DNA from: a virus
Taxonomy: Duplodnaviria > Caudoviricetes
Length of the DNA stretch: 39,737 nucleotides
Reading direction: 5' to 3' (one strand)
Virus record (IMG/VR): IMGVR_UViG_3300031947_000012
Span: 1-39,737 of that record
The notes under the pieces were generated by a model. It had not been told where the DNA came from. It was given only the letters and a program-made list of their open reading frames with translations, and made no database searches. Position 1 is the first letter of the stretch, and each line of letters starts with the position of its first letter. The position numbers were made by a program, and so were the translations under genes. Of the stretch, positions 24,401 through 31,783 are shown one piece after another.

Positions 24401-25083
24401 CTGTCGCTTCTGCGTCGTTCACGACCAGCGGCTCGACCGTGACGGCTGGTTCTGTCTCCAGCGCGGTCAGTGCCAGCAGTCTTTCGACATATACCTTCAG
24501 CGCCCTTGCGGTCGATGCGACGGCGACTGCCGCAGTGGTCAATGTCTTCGGCCGCGTCGCTGGCACCTCGGCCACGCTCAACACGCTGACGCCGAGCGTC
24601 GGCACCGCCAACGTCATTACCGGCGGTGAGGCCCGCAACACCAATGCCGGTAACCTGTCGCTGCAAAAGTCCTACTACGTGACATTCCCGCTCGGCACCA
24701 CGTCGATCAACCTGACCGCGACGTTCAGCGCGGCGATGCTGCGGGCCGGTGTCAGCGTGCAAAGTGTGATCGGATCGAGCGGCACGACGCCGTCCGGCGC
24801 GGCGGTCGCGATCAACCAGACCGCGATCAATCAGGCGCCATCGACGACGGTGACGGTGCCGGGCGGTGGCTGCGCCTTTGTCTCGGGATCGCAGATCGGC
24901 ACCGGCACCGCGACGGGACCGACGCCGACCAACTATACCCAGGATCTCGGCGCAACCCTGATCGCGGCGTCGATGTACCTGTCCGCCGGTCACGATACTA
25001 ACACCGGCTCACGCACCCACACGATGACGTGGGCCGGACAGACCTCGCCGACCGATACCATGGTTGTGGTGGCCTGCTCATGA
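21463..25083 (+). CDS. Multidomain virion adhesin/tailspike: LamG-like, interrupted GH16, cadherin/FN3-like domains
   Basis: 1206 aa, S/T/G-rich; ConA-like N-terminal domain; GH16 motifs including ERDLTE; FN3-like GTLYWVV...GL..G.TY. Confidence 0.8.
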   Translation: MSLPVVTVASGGLPVVDNTANGVGTPVDEAINGFGTAVTKAQIGMPVVYGIGAAAGTPFDLTTYFGARVLRDYNANDATSITLSGSNVTQITSKGGGNALTPLSSGFATYSATARNGKPGFVFTGNVIERMGGATTGLPGGLGAAAVTMITVAFCDATIAGSAASIGGYGGGSVSGDSRFQSKMATDVVASNLWSVDNSTTTSWSGVDHIFAADFQVSGVSNTSIDGATDTPAFQSPYTAVGNIPTTSLSKFRFGCRIDDTQPWKGVIQRFLIISGTLTTIELDKVFGQLAIEHGLSSILVAGSPYKSTPPTVEATATSSVPAKYATRVFYNDFRKGISFRTGYYQGNAAGLNDPSARGIWAFNPLDYMTSDHADADFGYGYFIKMQPAYNWQAIEPTFPTFGMVDITDAGLVMKGGDQFPLVRASLPVVVTSQGNKKPFVASMLGTTQSAKFKLPFMVKVNGKYDQYGGPTAFPALLWTLNDKYNGDYKLTGSAAGSVLTITAIQSKPAYWPNRLQVGMRISGSDGTNSIKTSSPSTYIASLGAVNSDGTGTYNLNQVQPANVNSCTITADLQHSERDLTELFGIQQNVRIAAQTTHIYNTSADGLAGGSARFDMGASLNPSTGLVEFSAVAQADFTYFYCNGIETAKVPMSAFAFDGTVTDWHHLLINYAIGFSYERYPGNFTGSVTGSVLTVSSIDSSTRIAVGQTLSGAGVTGGTTITSFGTGAGGTGTYNLNNSMTVAASTPLNVDPPVVGQLSFTVQDISVYKQFSDPTDVIPPNPLVILPVWSGGHGFGLDCNVDPASSPGTVIGTATGAATYVIKPYDNTFGGILAMSGSNIVTVGSLASYSGQSLNFYIEGTDASGFPTTGPKRTVNVVPPVGPVLSGAGSSSVTGNSASISVTTDTANGTLYWVVSTSSTPPTVAQIQAGNDSTGAAAKASGNQAVSVTGAQSANVSGLSTGVTYFAYFTHANRYGYSSAVASASFTTSGSTVTAGSVSSAVSASSLSTYTFSALAVDATATAAVVNVFGRVAGTSATLNTLTPSVGTANVITGGEARNTNAGNLSLQKSYYVTFPLGTTSINLTATFSAAMLRAGVSVQSVIGSSGTTPSGAAVAINQTAINQAPSTTVTVPGGGCAFVSGSQIGTGTATGPTPTNYTQDLGATLIAASMYLSAGHDTNTGSRTHTMTWAGQTSPTDTMVVVACS

Positions 25084-25391
25084 TCGAGCTGATCGAGGTC
25101 GAGCCAGGGAAGTGGCGCGTCAAGCGACCACCCCGCGAGATTGCCCGCTCTGATCTGCCGCTGCCCTACGTCATCAGCGACACCATAGACCCGACCGAAC
25201 AGGTTGATGGCAAGTTTTACACCAGCAAGGCCAAATTCAGGGCGGTTGGCCGTAGCCTCGGCCTGATCGAGGTCGGCACCGAAAAGCAAAAGCCGCGGGT
25301 CAAGACTTACGACACGCCCGAATTCAAGGTGAAGCGCCGCGAGACCATCCAGCGCGCCTTCGAACAGGTTAAGTCCGGCCACCGCCGGTAA
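25080..25391 (+). CDS. Conserved small pre-scaffold protein
   Basis: ATGA overlap; VISD......DGK.YTSK..FR......G.IEVG.E motif. Confidence 0.75.
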   Translation: MIELIEVEPGKWRVKRPPREIARSDLPLPYVISDTIDPTEQVDGKFYTSKAKFRAVGRSLGLIEVGTEKQKPRVKTYDTPEFKVKRRETIQRAFEQVKSGHRR

Positions 25392-25405
25392 GGAGCACAC
25401 CCCAC

Positions 25406-26671
25406 ATGTCTGACGTTGCCGTTGCCGCGCCCAGCGGCGGCGCCCCCGCGCCTGCCGAAGTCCCGATTCAGGTCGATCAGACCAGCGCCCCCAATCCGGT
25501 CGGCTCGCAAGCGCCGGACACTCCGACCCGCCGCGAAGCCATTCAGAAGGCCTTTGACAAGGGCCAAGGCCAGAAGGACAGGAATGACCGGCACGATCAA
25601 AGGCCCGCTCCAAAGGCTGCGGAAGCCCGCATGGGGCACAACCAGCCGCCGGAGGACCAGAAGTTCGATTTGCGCAAGCGGCCCAAGGGCGACGCCCCCG
25701 TCCCGAAGGGGCCACCCCCGCGCGAGCGCGCCGAGCATGGCCACTTCGCGCCAAGGCAACAGGGACAACAGGAAGTCCTGAGTCCAGATCCCAGGCAGCA
25801 ATCGCAGCGCCAGCCAGGAACGCCAGGACAGCTCCAAACCTACCGGCCAGAGCACTCAAAGCTGCACCCGCAGGCGCCCTATCGCGAGCCACCCAACCGG
25901 TTTGCCAATCACTCCAAGCACGACTGGCAGCATGCGCCGGAAAGCGTCCGCGCCGAAGTGCATCGGATGTATGACGAATTCGGCCGAGCGTACAAAATCT
26001 ACAAGGCCGATTTCGACGAGATGCAGACCCTGCGTCCGTTCCAGAAGCTCGCGAAGGATTGCGGCACCACCATGGTCAAGGCGCTCTCGAGCTACGTCGC
26101 GCTCGAGGACAAGATCCGCAAGAATCCGCTCGCCGGCCTCGACACGGTCGTCAACAACCTCGGCCTGCAAACGTCGGATGGCCAGCGCATCGGGCTGCGC
26201 GACATCGCCTTCTACATCGCATCGATGACGCCGGAGCAGTATAACCAGATCCAGCAGGACAATGCGCAGATTGCCACTGCACAGCAGATTGCGAATGCGA
26301 AGCAGGAGATCGCGCAGCTCAAGCAAAGCTGGCTAGAGGCGCAAGCACAGCAGCAATTTCACTATACGCGGAGCGCAGTCGACTACTACGCCAACAGCCA
26401 TCCGCGGCTAGATGAACTCGGTGACCTGATCGAACAGGAAATCAAGCATGGCTACGATCTTGACACCGCATACCGCCGAGCGAACCTGCTTCGCCCGAGC
26501 ACCCAAGCGGCTCAGACCCGCAACCCATCGGCTCAGACCCGACCCGCAACTGACAGATCCATCTCCGGCTCCCCTGGCTCCAGCAACGGTGCGACGCGCC
26601 GTGGCAAGCCGTCGGCGTCGCCGCGAGATGCCGTGAGAAATGCGATCAGCAGAATGCAGGGTCGCGCCTGA
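25406..26671 (+). CDS. Capsid scaffolding protein
   Basis: Immediately before the capsid gene; disordered N-terminus, coiled coils and C-terminal amphipathic helix; TAAGGAG RBS. Confidence 0.8.
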   Translation: MSDVAVAAPSGGAPAPAEVPIQVDQTSAPNPVGSQAPDTPTRREAIQKAFDKGQGQKDRNDRHDQRPAPKAAEARMGHNQPPEDQKFDLRKRPKGDAPVPKGPPPRERAEHGHFAPRQQGQQEVLSPDPRQQSQRQPGTPGQLQTYRPEHSKLHPQAPYREPPNRFANHSKHDWQHAPESVRAEVHRMYDEFGRAYKIYKADFDEMQTLRPFQKLAKDCGTTMVKALSSYVALEDKIRKNPLAGLDTVVNNLGLQTSDGQRIGLRDIAFYIASMTPEQYNQIQQDNAQIATAQQIANAKQEIAQLKQSWLEAQAQQQFHYTRSAVDYYANSHPRLDELGDLIEQEIKHGYDLDTAYRRANLLRPSTQAAQTRNPSAQTRPATDRSISGSPGSSNGATRRGKPSASPRDAVRNAISRMQGRA

Positions 26672-26691
26672 AACCCCAATGGAGAACGTAA

Positions 26692-27729
26692 ATGCCTAAT
26701 ATCACCAGCAATGCGAACTACCAGCAGATTCTGAGCATGGCGCTCGAGGATCGCTCGCAAGGTTATGAGGATCTCGTGTCCAACAACAATATCTTGCTGG
26801 CCACGACCAAGCGGAAAGGCCTCTGGCATTCCTACTCAGGGCCGCGGATCCGGCAGAGCCTGCAGATCGGAAAATCTTCCGCGCAGTGGTATTCCGGATA
26901 CGATCAGCTGCTCAACCCTGCGTTGGATATCATCAACGACGCAGTCTATGATCCCAAGATGGTCGTGATTCCGATCATCCTAAGCATGCAGGAGATCCTC
27001 AACAATGAGGGCCAAGCGCAGCTCGAGGATGTTTACGAGACCTACATCACCGCAGCCGAGAAAGCGCTCAGCGATGCGATGGATGCAGGAATATATTCGG
27101 ATGGGACTGCCAACGGCAACAAGCAGATCACCGGTTTAGCCACGGCCGTCCCGATCGTCACCAACTCCGGCACCTACGGCGGCATCGATCGCGGCTCGGC
27201 GACGATCTGGCGAACGACGACGTTCGACGCGAGCGGCTCGGCCGGCAGCGTCTCGCTGAGCGGTATTGGCACTCAGGTAACCTCGACCACGATCCGGCCG
27301 ATGCTCAACTACGCCATGACGCGGCAGTCTCGCGGCAAGGATTACGCGGATCTCTTGATCATGAGCCCAGAGCATTACGCGGCTTATGATGCAGCCACGA
27401 TCGCAATCCAGCGGCAACAGAACGAGACGAGCCTCGGCCAGCTCGGCTTCTCGGCGCTCGAATATATCGGCGGCGGCAAGCGGGCGGAGATCGTGCTTGA
27501 CGGCGGCATCGGCAGCAACTGTCCCGCGAACACGACCTTTGGCCTCAACACCGATACGTTCAGACTGCGCTATCACCCGCAGAGAAACTTCGATCGGATT
27601 TTCGATGCAGATGGCCAGATGCCAATAGATAAGGACGCTGTGGCTCAGTTCATTGGTTGGATGGGCGAATTGACTATGACTAACCCGCTCTTCAATTGGC
27701 GCATGTATGATAGTAATCCAGCGGCATAA
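26692..27729 (+). CDS. Major capsid protein
   Basis: 345 aa; D.VSNNN.LL, WYSGYD.L, YSDGTANG.KQITGL, YGGIDR and W.G.LT..N motifs; follows the scaffold. Confidence 0.92.
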   Translation: MPNITSNANYQQILSMALEDRSQGYEDLVSNNNILLATTKRKGLWHSYSGPRIRQSLQIGKSSAQWYSGYDQLLNPALDIINDAVYDPKMVVIPIILSMQEILNNEGQAQLEDVYETYITAAEKALSDAMDAGIYSDGTANGNKQITGLATAVPIVTNSGTYGGIDRGSATIWRTTTFDASGSAGSVSLSGIGTQVTSTTIRPMLNYAMTRQSRGKDYADLLIMSPEHYAAYDAATIAIQRQQNETSLGQLGFSALEYIGGGKRAEIVLDGGIGSNCPANTTFGLNTDTFRLRYHPQRNFDRIFDADGQMPIDKDAVAQFIGWMGELTMTNPLFNWRMYDSNPAA

Positions 27730-27739
27730 CAGTGTCAAC

Positions 27740-27800
27740 ACCTACTCTACAGGGTAGGTTATAGAGCGTATAGTCCTCCCTCCTAAAACAGAGGGAGGAC
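27740..27800 (+). promoter_or_regulatory. HNH promoter and RBS-sequestering hairpin
   Basis: TCTACA-N17-TATAGT (27746-27774); perfect stem GTCCTCCCTC/GAGGGAGGAC (27773-27800) containing the Shine-Dalgarno. Confidence 0.7.
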
Positions 27801-27803
27801 CGA

Positions 27804-28367
27804 ATGACGAAACTGAACGATTTGCTGCGCTACGACTCAGAGACCGGAAAATTGTTCTGGAAAGAGCGGCCGATTACAATGTTTGCGTTTAATCCCGAGC
27901 GGCACAGTGGAAAGCGGATCTATAGCGCGGAGCGGGCGTGCAACACTTGGAATACGCGTTACGCCAATACCGAAGCGTTAGCGGTGTTGAACAATTGGGG
28001 CTACTTTCACGGGCGCGTTGGCGATCGCTACTTGCTGGCGCATCGGGCCATTTGGGAAATGGTGACGGGCCGTATTCCTGAAACGCTCGACCACATCAAC
28101 GGAGTAAAGACCGATAATCGCTTGGTTAACCTTCGCGAAGTAACGCCAAGCCTAAGCAGTTCCAATCGCGGTGTCCCGATCAATAACAAGAGCGGCGTGA
28201 TTGGTGTGTTTTGGAATACCGCGCGCAAGAAATGGCAGGCGCAAATCAGCCTTGGCCGCAAACGGCAAAATCTTGGTTTGTTTGACACCAAAGAAGCGGC
28301 AATATCGGCGCGCAAAGCTGCGGAACGAGCGCTGAAGTTTTCAAGTCGAGAATCAAACGAAGACTAA
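27804..28367 (+). CDS. HNH homing endonuclease with AP2 DNA-binding domain
   Basis: AHR.IW, LDHING.K.DNRL.NLR, N.SGV.GV.W....KW.AQI and LG.FDT.E.A..AR; lower GC. Confidence 0.92.
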   Translation: MTKLNDLLRYDSETGKLFWKERPITMFAFNPERHSGKRIYSAERACNTWNTRYANTEALAVLNNWGYFHGRVGDRYLLAHRAIWEMVTGRIPETLDHINGVKTDNRLVNLREVTPSLSSSNRGVPINNKSGVIGVFWNTARKKWQAQISLGRKRQNLGLFDTKEAAISARKAAERALKFSSRESNED

Positions 28368-28397
28368 CCCCGCGGCCTAATCCAACCGCAGGGCGAA

Positions 28398-28450
28398 CGC
28401 TGGCGGCCTCCCCACCACCGTCCCACCCCTGGGGCCGCCAGCTAAACTTT
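28398..28450 (+). terminator. Terminator/attenuator-like hairpin after the capsid locus
   Basis: GCTGGCGGCC...GGCCGCCAGC followed by TAAACTTTT; large loop. Confidence 0.55.
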
Positions 28451-28473
28451 TAGGACATTACAGGAGACACGAA

Positions 28474-29181
28474 ATGCCGAGACAGGATCCGGATGAAATG
28501 CTCGTGGTCGTTTTCAAGACGATCGCGATGGAGAACGAACAAAAGACATTGGAACAGGGTCGTGCGATCTTCGACGATGTCCCGATCTGCGAAGTCCGCA
28601 GCCCTGGCAGCAAGGAGGTCAAGCACTTCCCCGCCACGGCGATGTCCACCGGATGGCTGCAGGACGAGAACGGCAAGCAGTACCAGATCTCCTACGCCGA
28701 GCGCTTTCGCCACCAATTCCAGCAATTCAAGCGCGACGAGACGCAAACCAAATCAGGCACGCCGCTCGACCATGTGCCGTTCTTGACCGAGGCCAAGCGC
28801 GCCGAACTCCGCGCTCTCAACGTCTATACACTCGAGACGCTGGCCGGCATCGAGGGCAACGAACTGAAGAACCTCGGCATCCACGGCAGGGAGCTCAAGA
28901 ACCAAGCCGAGGCCTACATGGAGGAAGCCCTGAGGCGGGCACCGGACATGCAGCTACAAGCGCAGGTCGACGCGTTGGCCGCGCGTAATGCGATCCTCGA
29001 GGAAGATATTTTGATCCTGAAAGCCAAGAAGCAGGCCGAGTCTGAAAACTTCGAAGACATGACCGCCGAGCAGCTCGCCGAGTACATCACCGCCTGTACC
29101 GGCCACGCCCCGCAGGGCAACCTCTCGCGCAAGACGCTGCTCAGGCTCGCCACCGACGTGAAAGCGGGAGACCTCGCGTGA
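28474..29181 (+). CDS. Conserved head-module hypothetical protein
   Basis: CAGGAG RBS; GTPL...PFL......L...NVYT.E.LA pattern and a coiled coil. Confidence 0.8.
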   Translation: MPRQDPDEMLVVVFKTIAMENEQKTLEQGRAIFDDVPICEVRSPGSKEVKHFPATAMSTGWLQDENGKQYQISYAERFRHQFQQFKRDETQTKSGTPLDHVPFLTEAKRAELRALNVYTLETLAGIEGNELKNLGIHGRELKNQAEAYMEEALRRAPDMQLQAQVDALAARNAILEEDILILKAKKQAESENFEDMTAEQLAEYITACTGHAPQGNLSRKTLLRLATDVKAGDLA

Positions 29182-29888
29182 CACTCCTCGCGGTCGTCAA
29201 GGCAGTGTGCTCGGTGGTCGGCGTCGAGCAGCCAACATCCGTGTTCAGCAACATCATTGCTAACAGGACGATGCAGGAGATGCTCGACCTCGCCAATGAG
29301 ATGGCGCAGCGCATTGCCTACGACAACCGCGAGTGGACGCTATTTCGAAACGTGGGAACGCTGGTCGGTGATGGCACGACGACTGCGTTTCCGCTGCCCG
29401 TCAATTTCAAGCGGATGCTGCTGACCACAAATCTGTGGCGGTCGACCTCCGCGCTGACGCCGATGCGGTTCATCGTCGATTTTGACGACTGGAATAACCG
29501 CAGGCAACTTAACATCTATAGCGGTTACGGCGAATGGACGATCTATGGCGGCAATATCGTCATCGCGCCGGTGCTCGCGACAGGCCAGACTGCGACCTAC
29601 GGCTACCTCGATAAAAACTGCATCGATCTCAACAGCGGCGGCTTTGGCGATAGCTTCCAGAGCGACAGCGATGGCTTTCGCCTCGATGAGAGGCTGCTGA
29701 AGCTCGGCATGATCTGGCAGTGGAAATCGCAGAAGGGCGCTGCCTACAACGAAGAGCTCGGCACTTACTCTGATGCGATGGCCGTCGCAATGGGCTCAGA
29801 CAGTCCTGGGCCGATCTATATCGGCCGGCAGACGGTCTCGAGCGCGACCAAGATTGCTTATCCGTTTGGGCCAGTGCCGACGCCATGA
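29178..29888 (+). CDS. Head-tail adaptor (tail tubular protein A / P22 gp4-like)
   Basis: Size and position; F.LP..FKRM and LL.LGMIW.WK..KG..Y. Confidence 0.75.
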   Translation: MTLLAVVKAVCSVVGVEQPTSVFSNIIANRTMQEMLDLANEMAQRIAYDNREWTLFRNVGTLVGDGTTTAFPLPVNFKRMLLTTNLWRSTSALTPMRFIVDFDDWNNRRQLNIYSGYGEWTIYGGNIVIAPVLATGQTATYGYLDKNCIDLNSGGFGDSFQSDSDGFRLDERLLKLGMIWQWKSQKGAAYNEELGTYSDAMAVAMGSDSPGPIYIGRQTVSSATKIAYPFGPVPTP

Positions 29889-31774
29889 GCCAGTATCAAG
29901 CATTCCGCCGCGTAGCTGTCCAGCCCCAGGCGGCGCAGAAGCAGGAGACGATGTCGTTTCCCGCGCCGACCCGCGGGCTCGTCCTTGATGAGAATTACGC
30001 CTACATGCAGCCAGGGGGCGCGGTCGTGCTCGATAACTGGCGCCCGACGCTGCGCGGGGTGGCATTGCGCAGCGGCTGCGTCCTGCACAGCGATCTGCAC
30101 GCGTTGGAGAAGTATGAGGCGCTATGGGACACCGCTTTCTGGGACAAGGCGCTATGGGATCACACCAGCGCAACGCCTTCCGAGCGGTCTCCGATCATTT
30201 CGGCGTTTTCCTATGAAAGCGCGTTCAATCAGAAAATGTTCGCGGCCGATAAGGACAAGCTAGTCGATGTCACTTATTCCGTGACCGATGGCGATCCGAT
30301 CTTGGTCCGGCGAGGCCATAGTTCCGGCAATTACTGTTTTTCGCAGTTGTCCAATCAAGGCGGAGATTGGGGTATTGCGGTCAACGAGGGCGGCGATGCC
30401 CCGCTGCGCTTTGACGGCACCAATTGGGTCTCGCTCGATTCCACGCTGCCGCCCAATTGGGTCAACGGCAACATCTACCTCATCAACGACAGGGCAACAG
30501 ATCCGGCTGATAGCTCGGCGTGGAAATGCGCAGTCTCGCATGTCGCCGCCATGTCCGGCACTTTCGCCGCCGATCGCGCCGCGAACCCGAGCTATTGGGT
30601 GGCGGACGTTCCGGTCGACGGGGCGGCTTTGATCTCGGGTCCGACAGGCTCAAATGTCGAGTTTGGCAAAAACCTCAGCCACGTCTGCAAATATCGCAAT
30701 CGCTACTTCTTCATTGAGCAGGACTCAATGAATGCGTGGTACCTCCCCGTTAACGCTGTCGGCGGCTCACTAAGCATAATCCCGCTATCCGGTGCGGCGA
30801 GCCTCGGCGGCAAGCTGATGTTTTGTACGGTGTGGAGCATCGACGGCGGCGACGGGCCGGATGACAAGCTGATATTCGTCACTAACCTCGGAGAGGTTCT
30901 CGTCTTCAGCGGCTCTGATCCGTCCGCCGCTGCCAACTGGAGGCAGGAGGGCAGATATCGCATCTCGCCGCCGATGGGCATGAACGCCTACATGCCGCTC
31001 GGCGGCGATGTCCTGATCGCGACCATGGCCGGCATCATTCCTGTGTCTGCGTGCATCAATAAGACTTACGAGCAGATGGAGCTCGCCGCGATCACTAAAT
31101 CGATCAAGATGATGTGGCGCGACGAAGTGGTGGCGAAGCGGTCGTGGGCTTGGACGATGTGCCATTGGGAAAAATACGATGGCGTCGTTGTCACGTGGCC
31201 AGGCTCGACCCCAGGATATTGTGCCGTCATGAATGCGGCGACTGGCGCCTGGTGCCGTTTTGTCGGCTATGACGCAACATGCTTTATCAAGATGGGCGAT
31301 GATCTGTATTTCGGCACCCAAGACGGCAAGATCATGCTCGCCGATCGCAGCGGCATGGATAATGGGCTGCCCTACACCGCATCACTGGTCGGCGGTTGGG
31401 AAGTGTTTCAGAGCCCAGGGCAGACGCTGACGTGGCGGCAATCGCGCGCCTCGTTCTTCGCGACGCCAGGGCAATATTTCCGGCCGCAGCTCTCGGCCTG
31501 CGCCGATTATGTCGTGACGCTGCCTCCAGCGCCAAACGCAGGGCCGGATCCAGGGATATTCGATGTTTGGGATCAAGGCCTGTGGGACACCGCGAAGTGG
31601 GATCAGGTCGGGGTGCCAGAGCCAGTGGTTCGCAACACGATGTGGGTTTCGATCGGGCGCACTGGCTTCTCGCTCGCTCCAGTCGTGCAAGTCACGGTCG
31701 CGCAGCGCGCCCCGCCCGAGGTCGAGCTGATCACAGTGAACGCCGTATTCGATCGCGCAGGCATCGACGTGTGA
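29885..31774 (+). CDS. Tail nozzle / packaged-DNA stabilization protein (P22 gp10 / tubular B-like)
   Basis: 629 aa; PAPTRGL start, beta-propeller-like repeats, W..DGGDG.DD.L.F....GEV.V..G.DP. Confidence 0.8.
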   Translation: MSQYQAFRRVAVQPQAAQKQETMSFPAPTRGLVLDENYAYMQPGGAVVLDNWRPTLRGVALRSGCVLHSDLHALEKYEALWDTAFWDKALWDHTSATPSERSPIISAFSYESAFNQKMFAADKDKLVDVTYSVTDGDPILVRRGHSSGNYCFSQLSNQGGDWGIAVNEGGDAPLRFDGTNWVSLDSTLPPNWVNGNIYLINDRATDPADSSAWKCAVSHVAAMSGTFAADRAANPSYWVADVPVDGAALISGPTGSNVEFGKNLSHVCKYRNRYFFIEQDSMNAWYLPVNAVGGSLSIIPLSGAASLGGKLMFCTVWSIDGGDGPDDKLIFVTNLGEVLVFSGSDPSAAANWRQEGRYRISPPMGMNAYMPLGGDVLIATMAGIIPVSACINKTYEQMELAAITKSIKMMWRDEVVAKRSWAWTMCHWEKYDGVVVTWPGSTPGYCAVMNAATGAWCRFVGYDATCFIKMGDDLYFGTQDGKIMLADRSGMDNGLPYTASLVGGWEVFQSPGQTLTWRQSRASFFATPGQYFRPQLSACADYVVTLPPAPNAGPDPGIFDVWDQGLWDTAKWDQVGVPEPVVRNTMWVSIGRTGFSLAPVVQVTVAQRAPPEVELITVNAVFDRAGIDV

Positions 31775-31783
31775 GGATGATCC

